DNA of 64,000 nt from an uncultured Candidatus Rokubacteria bacterium (GTDB lineage: Bacteria > Methylomirabilota > Methylomirabilia > Rokubacteriales > CSP1-6), in assembly GCA_963758635.1 (NCBI GenBank), contig CAVWWD010000006.1:224001-288000 (forward strand), written 5' to 3'. The position numbers and the translations under genes were made by a program. This document shows positions 32,686 to 43,057 of this stretch, in pieces. Within the stretch, counting starts at the first letter, position 1; the number at the start of each line of letters is the position of its first letter. The notes below the pieces were generated by a model. That model searched no databases. It was not told the DNA's origin and saw nothing but the letters and a program-made list of their open reading frames with translations.

Positions 32686-33149
32686 TCAGTAGCGCCCGCC
32701 GAGCTTCGCGGTGGTCCCAGCTCGCGATCTTCTCCGGCGTCACCTTGAGGACCACGCGCTTGGGCGCGCTCGCCAGCGCCCCCGACCCCGGCGGGGGCGC
32801 GACGCCGATCCCGGCGCGCTTGCCCGCGCTCTCCCGGATGACCGTCTCCACCTGCGCCGGGTCCTCGATGATCTCGCAGCGCCCGCGGATCATCACGCCG
32901 CGGAACTCCGCGTACTCGCCGCCCGTCTCGATCATCACCGCGACCTTCGGGTTCGCGGCGGGCGTTCACGACCTTCTGGGCCTTCGCGTAGGAGGTCATG
33001 TAGATGGCGCCGTCGCGGGCGACGAAGTTCATCGCCACCACGTGGGGGAAGCCGTCCTCGTCCACGGTGGCCAGCGCGGCCTTGGGCGCGTCGCGCAAGA
33101 AGGCAGATTGTTCCTCGGGGGTCAGTCGGATGTCGGGGCGCGGGCTCAT
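32686..33149 (-). CDS. Pyridoxamine 5'-phosphate oxidase-like (PPOX/F420) protein (frameshifted)
   Basis: LATVDEDGFPHVVAM, KAQKVVN, FRGVMIRG, IASWDH..KLGGRY. Confidence 0.8.
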
Positions 33150-33297
33150 GACGATCTCCGTTTCGTCGTTGAATCGCGTCAGCGCCGAGAGCATACACCT
33201 CCGGCGCGGAGATCCCGTCAGCTCCGTCGCATCCGCGGGGAAGAGACCGTGAGCCGGGGGCGGTCGGGCGCCCTCGGCTCACGTCCCCGTTGACCGC

Positions 33298-36127
33298 TCA
33301 CATCAACGGCGTCAGCTGCCGGATGTTCAGTTGCGCGGCGATGAAGGTCAGGACGTCCACGTGCGTGCGGGCACTGTGGGCTTCATCCGACCGCTCGGCG
33401 AGGAAGACCGGCGCGTCTGGGCCATAGTGCTCCTGCAGCTCCGCGGCCATGCCGTAGGTCTGGTAGGGCTCGACACGATCGTCCAGCCGCCCGGTGGCGA
33501 GCAGCAAAGGTTTGAGTAGCATCTGTCTACTGCGAAGCTCTGCCACGTGGTGCGCGGGGGACCAAGCCTGGAGCACCTCCATGTCCTGGGGAGACTGCTG
33601 GAGGTCTCCCGCCGCGTTGTGGCGGAACCCGAAGTCGTCCCACGCGGATCGGCCGAAGACCCCGTTCTCCAGGAACCCGGGAGGATCGCTCACCGGCATC
33701 TCGGCCACGAAGAGATCGATGGCCTGCGGCGCCTCGACCATAGCGGCCAGGGTGTGCATCCCACCGTACGACCGTCCCGAGGCGACGATGGGCGTATCGG
33801 GGAACTCTTGCTTCAACCGCTCCGCCGCGCCCGCGATGTCCTCGAGCGTCGCGCGACGGTGGAGCCTGATGTCCTGGTCCTGCCACCGGAGGCCGAACTC
33901 ACCGCCGCCACGGACGTTCGCGATGGCCACCGCGCCCCCGAGTTCGAGGACCAGTTGGAAGATCGGTTTCTCGTCCCACGTCGGCAGCGTGGGGGCACCG
34001 ATCGCGCCGTAGTAGTAGAGGTACACGAACGCCGGTTTCGTGCCACGGCGGGTCATCAGCTGGATCGGCACCTGCGTCCCGTCTGCGCTCCGGAACTCAT
34101 GCCGCTCATACTTCACGTCGTTGCCCCCCCGGCAGAGTAGCGCTTCGCGACCAAGTGGGGCGATCGCGAATTGGTCGCTCAAGTCGACGGTGAGCGTCTG
34201 CCTCGGCGTCGCGATACCTTCGTAGGTGAAATAGGCCCTGCCGGAATCCTCATTGCCCGTGAACTCCGACAGCGTGCCGTGGTCGTCCGGGGCCCCAGCG
34301 TCCGAGGGCCTCCACGTGTGGACGTCTCCCGTTCTCCAGGTTAATGAGCCGCACCTCGTTCTCCAGGGGCGGCGTGAGGTACTGAAGGGCCAGAAAGGAC
34401 CCGACCCGTTGCGCCCTGATCAGCACGTTGTGGGGATCCGGGGCGACAACACGAGTGGGCTCCGTCCTCGGATCATCGAGATCGACGGCGATCACGGCGA
34501 AGTTGTTGGCGGTCTGCCCGTCGCAGGTGCTCGCCCTGAATAGGGCCCGGTTCTCGTGGACCGTGATGAAGTGCCCGAGCACTCCCTCGCTGGACGAGAA
34601 CAGGCGTGTCACCGTCCCGCCGTCTCGGCGGTCCACGAGATACGCGGCGAGCGGGATCTCGGCCGATCCCTGGACTCGATAGGCGATGAACCTGTTCCGA
34701 TCGATCTCGTAGATGCCGTAGTCGGCGTAGTTCGGCCATTCAGGGTTCGTGAACTCCACCGGATCGTCCGGCGTCCGCCCTGCGGCCTGGGAGATGGAAC
34801 GGTACCGGATCTGCTTGCCTGGCGGGTACGCCGGCTCCCCTCCGAGCGTCGGGACAGCCGAGTAGTAGAATCCGTTCGAGTCCCGACCCCAGTACACGGC
34901 TCCCATCCGCAGCTGCACCTCGTTGCCCTCGATCCGCTCCCTCCTGCCGAGGTCCATGACGCTCCAGAAGGACACGTCACCGTCCTGACGCTTCCGGGCA
35001 TATGCGACTTTCCTGGTGTCGGGGCTCAGCCGGAAGTCGACGACTGGCCCGGCCGCGGCACTGACCAGCTCCTGCCGCGGCCCCGACGCGACCTGCCACC
35101 ATAGGGCGTCATTCTCGATGAAGAGCTCTCCGGCCGGGCAGTGGAAGCGCCTCGGAGGATTCTTCGGGATCAGCTCCATCGCGCGCAGCTCTATGTCTCT
35201 CCTCAAGCCGCCCTCGGGGAGCGCCCGCGGCTGCCTCCTCAAACCGTCGATGGGGTTGGGCAACGCCGCTCCGGCGCCGAGCCCCGCCTGCGGCACGCCG
35301 TTGAGCCACTCGGTGCGTCGTGCCCGGTCCAGCGCGGCCCGGAAGAGCGGGCACTCGTCTCTGAGGATCCCGAAGAGCTTCGTGGCGAGATCCCTCCCCG
35401 CGACAGTGTCACTGGGATAGTGGAGACCGGCTCGCTCACGGTTGACGGCGACGTTCTCAGCGCGGTCCATGTGGTCGTCGCGCCCACTGCGCAGATACTT
35501 CAGGATCGCGCCCATGAGGTACATCTGGGTCGAGTGGCCGCTCGGATAGGCGGGGTGGCCGGGGAGCGGGATCGGAGGGGCCAGATCGGGATCGAGGAGC
35601 CAGGGCCGGACCCGGTTGAAGCGCTCCTTGAAGTACATCACCGCGGAGCCGGCCAGGTGCAGGCCGGCGACCACGAGCTCGGTCGTGAGGGGATGCGAGG
35701 TCGGCGAGAAGTGCAACTGGTCGAACCAGTATCCGACCATGACGGAGCCTTCCTGCTCACGGCTGATCTTTCCGAAGTGGTCCCGTCTCGAGTCCTTCAT
35801 GCGACGCAGCGTGTCGAGCTCGCTGTCGATGAGGTCGGGCATGAACGGACGGACCAGGTTGTCCCGGTTGTGGGTCCAGGTTGCGGAGGCGTACAGCTCC
35901 TGCTTGTACAGCTCGGCACGAAAGTCGGGATCCCAGAATACCCACGGGATCTCGGTCGCTCGACGTTCCGGGAGGACGTGCATCCCCGCCATCCTCAGCG
36001 CGAAGGCGGTCGCCGTGGCGGTGGCGGTTGCCATGGCGGTCGCCGTGGCCGTGGCGGTGGCGGTGGCGGTAGCCGTCGCGGTGGCGGTGGCCGTGGCGGT
36101 GGCGGTCGCAGTAGCTGTGGCTGTCAT
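33298..36127 (-). CDS. Fusion of an N-terminal (Thr-Ala)n tract, a PAP2/vanadium-haloperoxidase-type domain and an S9A prolyl oligopeptidase (single +1 indel at about 34329)
   Basis: GGAGGAG RBS; KERFNRVRP, PAYPSGH, RERAGLHYPSD; beta-propeller (LSPDTRKVAY); ANVRGGGEFG, GRSYGG, DDRV, EAH. Removing one G in GGG joins ORFs 34250-36127 and 33298-34182 (about 942 aa). Confidence 0.8.
36005..36127 (-). repeat. Coding dipeptide repeat M(TA)15M(AT)4A
   Basis: Encoded with mixed codons (ACA/ACT/ACC/ACG; GCC/GCT/GCG/GCA). Confidence 0.9.
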
Positions 36128-36167
36128 GGTCTCCTCCGTCTTCTGGCCAGGATGTTCAGGAGCAGGC

Positions 36168-36851
36168 TCACGGCCGCTCCCACTCGGCCCGTGCTTCTCC
36201 CAGGGCGGTCATGAACTTCGGGCAATCCCTTTCAGGATTTCGTAGCATCTGCACGGCAAGCCCGCAACCGGCCGTCGTGTCGCTCGAGTAGTTGAGGCCC
36301 GCCCGCTCGCGATTCAGGGCGACCTCCTGGGCCCGGGCGCGAATTTTCTGCTCGGCGTCCCGCGGCGCCAGCTCCGTCAGCACCAGGGCCATGAGGTGCA
36401 TCTGCGTCGAGTGACCCCCGGGGTAGGACGGAAGCCCGGGCACGGGGATCGGCGGGGACAGATCGGGGGCGAGGATCGAGGGCCGCACGCGATTGAACCG
36501 CGCCTTGAAGTACGTGGCGACGGAGCCGGCCAGATAGATGCACGCGTGGAGCAGCTCGTTGGTTCGCGGACGCTCGCTTGGCGTGAACTTCAGCAGCTCG
36601 TACCAGTACCCGATCATGGTCGCCGCGTATTGCTCCTGGGAGATCGCGCCCACGTGCTCGTCCCGCACCTTCCTGAGGGAGAGGAGATCCTCGACCTCGC
36701 CGCGCGTGCTGTCGTTCCAGGCATCCACCATGCCGTCGCGCCGCTTCGGGTCCTTCCAGGTCGGAGTCGCGAAGAACTCCGCCTTGTACAGCTCCGCCCG
36801 CAAATCGAGGTTCCAGTTCTTTCGGAGAAACTCCGTCTCGACCTTGGCCAT
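36168..36851 (-). CDS. Stand-alone PAP2-family protein with a degenerate active site
   Basis: KARFNRVRP, YPGGHS, RERAGLNYSSD (His to Asn); clear paralog of the downstream PAP2 domain; AAGGAGG RBS. Confidence 0.85.
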   Translation of the reverse strand: MAKVETEFLRKNWNLDLRAELYKAEFFATPTWKDPKRRDGMVDAWNDSTRGEVEDLLSLRKVRDEHVGAISQEQYAATMIGYWYELLKFTPSERPRTNELLHACIYLAGSVATYFKARFNRVRPSILAPDLSPPIPVPGLPSYPGGHSTQMHLMALVLTELAPRDAEQKIRARAQEVALNRERAGLNYSSDTTAGCGLAVQMLRNPERDCPKFMTALGEARAEWERP

Positions 36852-36888
36852 GGTGTCCTCCTTGCGCGTGGCTCGCTGCTGACGCCGG

Positions 36889-39647
36889 CTACTCGGGAAG
36901 TCCGGCTTGCCGGAGAGCGTCGATGTAGGCGCCGAGCTCCGGCTCCCGCAGCGGATACCATTGCCGGAAGCCGGAGAGTGTGAAGGCCCGATCGATCTGC
37001 AAGAACTCGCGCGCCATCTCCCGCGCCTCCGCGAGGCGGCCGAGATGGACGAGCGTCGCGGCCAGGAAGCGGAGATTCACCGACCACCGCGGGTTCTCGC
37101 GCCGCGACTGGAGGCCGAAGGCGAGCGCCTCGTCGTATTTCCCGCACAGCATGGCCGCAAAACCCGAGACGCCGGTGAAGTAGAAGCCGAGCGGGTCGAA
37201 CGGGCTCAGGCGGAGGGCGTAGGCCTCGCGATCGAGGGCCGCCTTGGCCTCGCCGACGTAGCAGAGGGTGATGCCGCTCAGGCCCCAGGCCATCTGGGAG
37301 TTCGGGTTGAGCGCGAGGGACCGCTCGAAGAGCTGCAGCGCGCGGGGGCACTCCTTGTCGATGAACGAGGCGGCGTGCGCGCTGACGGCGAGCGCCCACG
37401 CGTCGTCGGGATCGCGGTCCAGCGCCGCCTGAGCCATCCGGCCGACCTCGGGCCTCTCGGTGGCGGCTTCGGCGGCGGTCACCAGCCCTGGCCGAACTTC
37501 AACAGATACCACCACGCGCGCCAGGCGTACGCGGCGGCGAAGTTCGGGTCGAGGGCAATGGCCTTCGCGAGGAGCTCGCCCGCCTGGAGGAACTCGTCGG
37601 GGGACAGGCGGTAGAGCAGCGTGAAGGCACGCAGCACGCAGTCGTAGGCGTCGAAGCTGTCGGGATGCTTCTGGAGGGCCCGCTGCGCCTCGGTGATGCG
37701 CAGTGTGCTCTCGAGGGTGCCGACGATCCGCGAGGTGATCCGATCCTGGAACTCGAAGACGTTGGCCAGCGCGCCGTCGTAGTGGTCGGCCCAGATCGTG
37801 TTGCCGGCGCGAGCGTCGATCAGGTCGGCGGTGACCCGCAGCTGCGACCCCGCCTTGCGCACCGTGCCCGTCACGACGTAGCCCACGTTGAGCTCGCGCG
37901 CGATCTGTCGGAGGTCCGCGATCTTCGACCGATAAACGAGCGTCGACGTGCGCGAGATGACGAAGAGCCATCGGATGCGCGAGAGGGCCCCGATGATGTC
38001 CTCGGTGATGCCGTCGCCGAAGTACTCCTGGCCGGGGTCCCCGCTCAGGTCGCGGAAGGGCAGCACGGCGATCGAGGGCCGGTGAGAAACGGGCGAGGTG
38101 CTGAGCACGAGGACCTGATTCGGGCGCGGTGGTCCCTGGACATCCGAGACGTTCGCGCTCGAGCCGCCCGAGAGGCCCGGCCGCCCCGTCACGAAGGGCA
38201 CCGCCGAGGCGGTGACGAGCATGGTGCCGGGGGCGATGCCGGAGGCGAGACGATTCACCTCGGCGACGGCCTCCGCCTGATCGGCCGGGTGGAGCGGCTC
38301 TCCCGCTGGGCCCGGCCCCGTCCGGCACTCGGTGACGTGGATGGCGGCCCGCGTGGACATGGCGATGGGGCCCGCCGTCTCGGCGGGTCCGACGGCCCGC
38401 TGGATGGAGAGCGCAGCGTGGGCCGCCCGGCTCGCCCCGTCCGCCACGTCGGCGGGAAAGCGGCCACCACGCGAGTGTCCGTGATCTCGGCGGGCACGCC
38501 GCCGAACGCCCGGACCTTGTCCAGGGCGACGTTCAGCGCGTGGCTGACCTGGGCCGCGCGAGGCGGACATCGGCGGCGACTCGATCTCCGCCCAGAGGAA
38601 GGCGACGGGCCGACGGACGGCGGCCGTGTCGACGTGCCGGCTTCCCCGGGCCCCGGGCGCGGGCGCCGGATCCGGTCTCAGTCCGTACTTCTCGAGCCGG
38701 TAGCGGAACGTGTTGCGAGGAATGCCGAGGAGCGCGGCCGCCCGGGACAGGTTTCCCGCCGCCGCCTCGAGCGCCCCCGTGAGCCGCGCGCGTTCGAAGT
38801 CACCGACGCTCTCGCGCAACGAGCGATCGGCGTCACGCGGCACGATGACGTCTCTCGCCGGCGCCGGCGCGTGGCCCCGGAGGTCGAGGTCCGCCCGGCT
38901 GATCGACGGACCCTCGACGAGCATCGCGACGCGCTCCATGAGATTTGCCAGCTCGCGCACGTTCCCCGGCCAGGCATGGGCTTCGAGCGCGGCCTTCGCA
39001 TCGGGCGCGAGTCGCTTCGGCGCGAGCCCGTACTCGGCGCACAGCTTGCTGAGGAAATGCTCGGCGAGCAGGGTGATGTCGCTGGGACGCTCGCGAAGCG
39101 GCGGCAGCACGACGGGCATGGTCGACAGGCGGTGATAGAGATCCTCGCGGAAGCGGCGCTCCCGAGTCGCCGCACCGAGCTCCTCGCTCGTCGCAGCCAG
39201 GATCCACACGTCCAGCGGCTCGGCCCGTGTGCTCCCAAGGCGCCGCACCGTCCGGTCCTCCAGCGCCGTCAACAGCTTCGCCTGCAGCGAGACCGGCATC
39301 GCCGCGATCTCGTCGAGGAAGAGAGTCCCGCCATTGGCACTCTGAAAGAGCCCTGGCTTGCCCTGGCGGGCGTCGGTGAATGCCCCTCGCTCGAACCCGA
39401 AGAGCTCCGCCTCGAGCAGCGTATCCGGAATGGCGGCGCAGTTGATCGGGACGAACGGCTTGCTTCCGCGAACGCTGGCGCGGTGGATGACGCGGGCGAG
39501 CAAGCCCTTACCGGTACCGGTCTCGCCGAGGATGAGAATCGGAGGGAGGCGTCCCGAGGACCGCTGATGCTGGAGCAGCCTGCCGATCTGGGCTCGGATG
39601 GCCGAGATTCCCGCGCTCTCTCCGACCAGATCGGCCAGTGGCGGCAT
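36889..39647 (-). CDS. sigma54-dependent AAA+ activator fused to a Fis HTH, a degenerate cyclase-like domain, a TolB-like domain and TPRs (frameshifted)
   Basis: GETGTGK, ELFGFERGAFTDA, TLFLDEI, WPGNVREL, GNLSRAAALLGI, SIAVLPFRDLSGD..YFGDGITEDII, TPR ALDPNFAAAYA; indels near 38460-38550 and 37480. Confidence 0.85.
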
Positions 39648-39708
39648 CCATTGGCCATGGTAGTCCCCCGATATGAGAGGGGCAAGGTCGCTGGGAACGA
39701 GCCCATGC

Positions 39709-40374
39709 TCAAGCGCGCAGGGCGAGCAGTTCATAGACTTCGACCGGGTTGATCCGGCCGCGGACCGGGAACCATCCTCGCCGGCGCGCCTCCACCCGAT
39801 CGCTCAGCAAGGCCTGCATCTGGCCGCTCATGAGGATGGACGTGCCGAGGTACCGGTTGAGATCCTCGAGGCGTGACGCGACGTTGACGGTGTCGCCCAC
39901 CACGCCGTACTTCCACTTTCGCGGCGATCCCACGGGGCCGGCGAAGACCTGGCCGCTGTGCATCGACACGCCGATCGGCTGCCTGACCCGCCGTTCCGCC
40001 TCCGACCACCCGTCGCGTCGACGAAGAGCGGCCTGCATCTCGACGGCGCTCACCGCGGCATGCCACGCATGGTCCGGATCGTGCGTCGGCACCCCGAACA
40101 CGGCCAGGATCCCGTCCCCCACGAAGTCCTGGACCACGCCATGGCTCGCCATGATCACGTCGATCATGACGGTGAGGTAATCGTTCAGAAAGGCGGCCAT
40201 GTGTCGTGGCGCCACGTCCTCGGCCATGGCGGTAAACCCGCGAAGGTCGGCGAAGAGGATCGATACCGGCACGACCTCGCCCTCGGTGGCGGCATCTCCC
40301 GAGCCGGTATGCTCCGCGGCCTGCATAAGATTGTCTCGATGGTCTGCATCGGTCTCGAGTCCGGGTGCCTTCAT
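39709..40374 (-). CDS. Stand-alone class III nucleotide cyclase
   Basis: SILFADLRGFT, FVGDGILAVFG, GDTVNVASRLE, VRGR; GGAGAGG RBS. Confidence 0.9.
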   Translation of the reverse strand: MKAPGLETDADHRDNLMQAAEHTGSGDAATEGEVVPVSILFADLRGFTAMAEDVAPRHMAAFLNDYLTVMIDVIMASHGVVQDFVGDGILAVFGVPTHDPDHAWHAAVSAVEMQAALRRRDGWSEAERRVRQPIGVSMHSGQVFAGPVGSPRKWKYGVVGDTVNVASRLEDLNRYLGTSILMSGQMQALLSDRVEARRRGWFPVRGRINPVEVYELLALRA

Positions 40375-40929
40375 CGCCCTCTCCCCTTGGCGCCCCGCTT
40401 CGCCGCTTCTGAAATCCATGTCGCCCGTCGTTGATGCAAGCGCATCGCCAGGGAGGAACGCGCTGTATTCCGCTGGGTTGCGGAGCATGCTGCCGAAAGT
40501 TCGCCAGGCGAAGCTGTCGAGTTCCCGGCGATCCCCGACAGGTCCGTAGCCCGTGCTGCACCGTGACGAGCAGGACGCGCCTGGGCGGGCGGCCACGTGG
40601 GGACGGCGTGCCATCCCAGCGGCCCTTTGGGACCCATGGACGGAGGCCGGCCGACTTTTGCTTCGGTGGCGCTGGTTTCGAGGACGGTCGTTCCCTTGAC
40701 CTTGCGCGCACGCTCGATGTAGCGTCTGGCGATGGCGAGCGCGAGACGTTCAACGCGCGTTGCGCCCGTCACGGGCCGCCAGCCTCCAGGATCCGCGCGT
40801 GTCGCTTACTCCCCGCCCCCTTCGCGCGCGCGTGCGCCTCCCCCTCCTGCTCCTCGCCCTCGTCCTGGCCACAGCGGGCCCCGCCGGCGCCGGAAGCGTC
40901 GCGGCCCGCACATGTAGTTGACGCCGGGC

Positions 40930-41314
40930 ATGCGCTGCTCGCCTGTGTGCTCGTGCTCGCCGGCTCGGGTTGCGCGCAGAAAGGCGACTGGATCGCGGGC
41001 ACGCTCGTGACCGTGGACGTGAACGGAGTCTGGCGAGGAAGGCGGCCCCGACGACCTCCTCGGAGGGATGGTCCATGGAGGCGGAGCTGATCGCGGAGCA
41101 GCGGAGCAGCGGGGCCGAAGGTCACGGGGGTGCTCGTCCTTCGAGGCGAGCGGAACGACATCCAGGGCACCGTCCGCGGCGATGTCTTCTCCTTCGCCAG
41201 GCCCAACGGCCGCATAAGGCCGAGTTGACGGTGCGCAGGGGACGAGATGTCCGGCCAGGGCGTGAACATGCGACCGCGCGGAACATGACGTTGAACCTCA
41301 AGCGTCAGCCGTAG
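40930..41314 (+). CDS. Small hypothetical lipoprotein (frameshifted)
   Basis: LLACVLVLAGSGC lipobox-like stretch, DVNGVWRG, beta-rich; boundaries approximate. Confidence 0.45.
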
Positions 41315-41423
41315 GCTTCGGGGAAGGCCTGGACGCACAGCACCTCGCGCTTGACCGGCGCGCGCCGGAGGATAGTCTCTGCCCACCTCAGGATCGTCTC
41401 GACCTCCCAGCGAGGGAGCACGC

Positions 41424-42995
41424 ATGAACTCCACCAGCCCGGACGTGACCATCCCGACGTCTCGATCACCGAGTACGTGCTCCGGCACGCGGCGCGGCTC
41501 CGCGACAAGCCCGCGCTGATCGACGGGCCCACCGGACGCACGCTGACCTACGGCCAGCTCGCGGGCGGCGTCCGCCGCGTGGCGGCGGGGCTCGCCGCGC
41601 GCGGGTTCAGGAAGGGCGACGTGTTCGCGATCTACAGCCCGAACCTGCCCGAGTACGGCGTGGTCATGCTCGCCGTCGCCTCGCTCGGCGGGGTCACCAC
41701 CACCGCCAACCCGCTCTACACCGCCGACGAGCTGGCCAAGCAGCTCTCGGACTGCCGCGCGCGCTTCCTCGTCACGGTGCCGGCGTTCCTCGACAAGGCC
41801 AGGGAGGCGGCGGCGCAAGAGCGGGGTGGAGGAGGTCTTCGTCTTCGGCGAGGCGGCGGGCGCGCGCCCGTTCAGCGAGCTGCTCCAGGCGGGCGACGCG
41901 CCGCCGGCGGTGCGCGATCGATCCGGCGAACGACATCGTCGTGCTCCCGTACTCGAGCGGGACCACGGGCTGCCCAAGGGCGTGATGCTCACCCACCGGA
42001 ACCTGGTGGCCAACCTCTGCCAGTGCGAGGGCATGGAGGACTTCGAGTCGCTTCGGCGAGCGCGACATCATGATCGCGGTGCTGCCGTTCTTCCACATCT
42101 ACGGCATGGTCGTGATCATGATGCTCGGCCTGGCCGGCGGCGGCACCATCGTGGTCATGCCGCGGTTCGACATGGCGGAGTTCCTCGGCCTCGTGCAGAA
42201 GCACAAGGCCACCGTCCTGCCGCTCGTGCCGCCCATCGTGCTCGGGCCTGGTGAAGCACCCCATGGTGGCGCAGTTCGACCTCTCGAGCGTGCGGCTCGT
42301 CTTCTCCGGCGCGGCGCCGCTCGGCGAGGACATGGCGCGCGAGCTCAGCGCGAAGCTCGGCTGCCCGGTCGTGCAGGGCTACGGCATGACCGAGGCGAGC
42401 CCGGTGACGCATCTGAGCCCCACGCGAACGCGCCGTTCCGGCCGGGCTCGGCCGGGCGCATCGTGCCCAACACCAGGTGAAGATCGTGGACATCGTGAGC
42501 GGCGCGGAGGTGCCCGGCGGGCCAGGAGGGCGAGCTCCTGATCCGCGGGCCCGCAGATCATGAAGGGCTACCTGGGGCGCCCGAGGACACCGCGGCCTGC
42601 ATCGACGGCGAGGGCTGGTACCACACCGGCGACGTGGGTACGTCGACCCCGACGGCTACTTCTTCATCGTCGACCGCACCAAGGAGCTCATCAAGTACAA
42701 GGGCCTGCAGGTGGCGCCCGCCGAGCTCGAGGCCCTGCTCCTCACGCATCCCGCGGTGCTCGACGCCGCCGTGGTGCGCAAGGCGGACGATGAGGCGGGC
42801 GAGGTGCCCAAGGCCTACGTGGTGCTGAAGCCCGACGACGCCTCCCGCGCCACCGGCGGCGACGCCATCATGGGCTGGGTGGCCCAGCGCGTGGCTCCGC
42901 ACAAGCGCATCCGCCACCTCGAGTTCATCGACCAGATCCCGAAGTCGGCGTCGGGCAAGATCCTGCGCCGCGTGCTGATCGACCGCGACCGCTGA
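41424..42995 (+). CDS. 4-coumarate--CoA ligase-like AMP-binding enzyme (many frameshifts)
   Basis: [63 protein letters not shown]. Confidence 0.88.
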
Positions 42996-43057
42996 GGAGG
43001 CCCGGCGAAGAGGCGCGACGCCCGCGGCTCGCGGAATCCGCGGGCGGCGTGGGCGGC

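Noticed and set aside
36005..36127. (TA)n tract as a CRISPR array, DNA microsatellite or plus-strand (VA)n ORF
   Set aside because: No spacers or cas genes; third positions vary; the RBS and PAP2 frame support the minus strand
37479..37481. TGA in the sigma54-TPR gene as possible selenocysteine or readthrough
   Set aside because: The downstream TPR sequence is in a different frame; a missing G (TGG GTG) explains it
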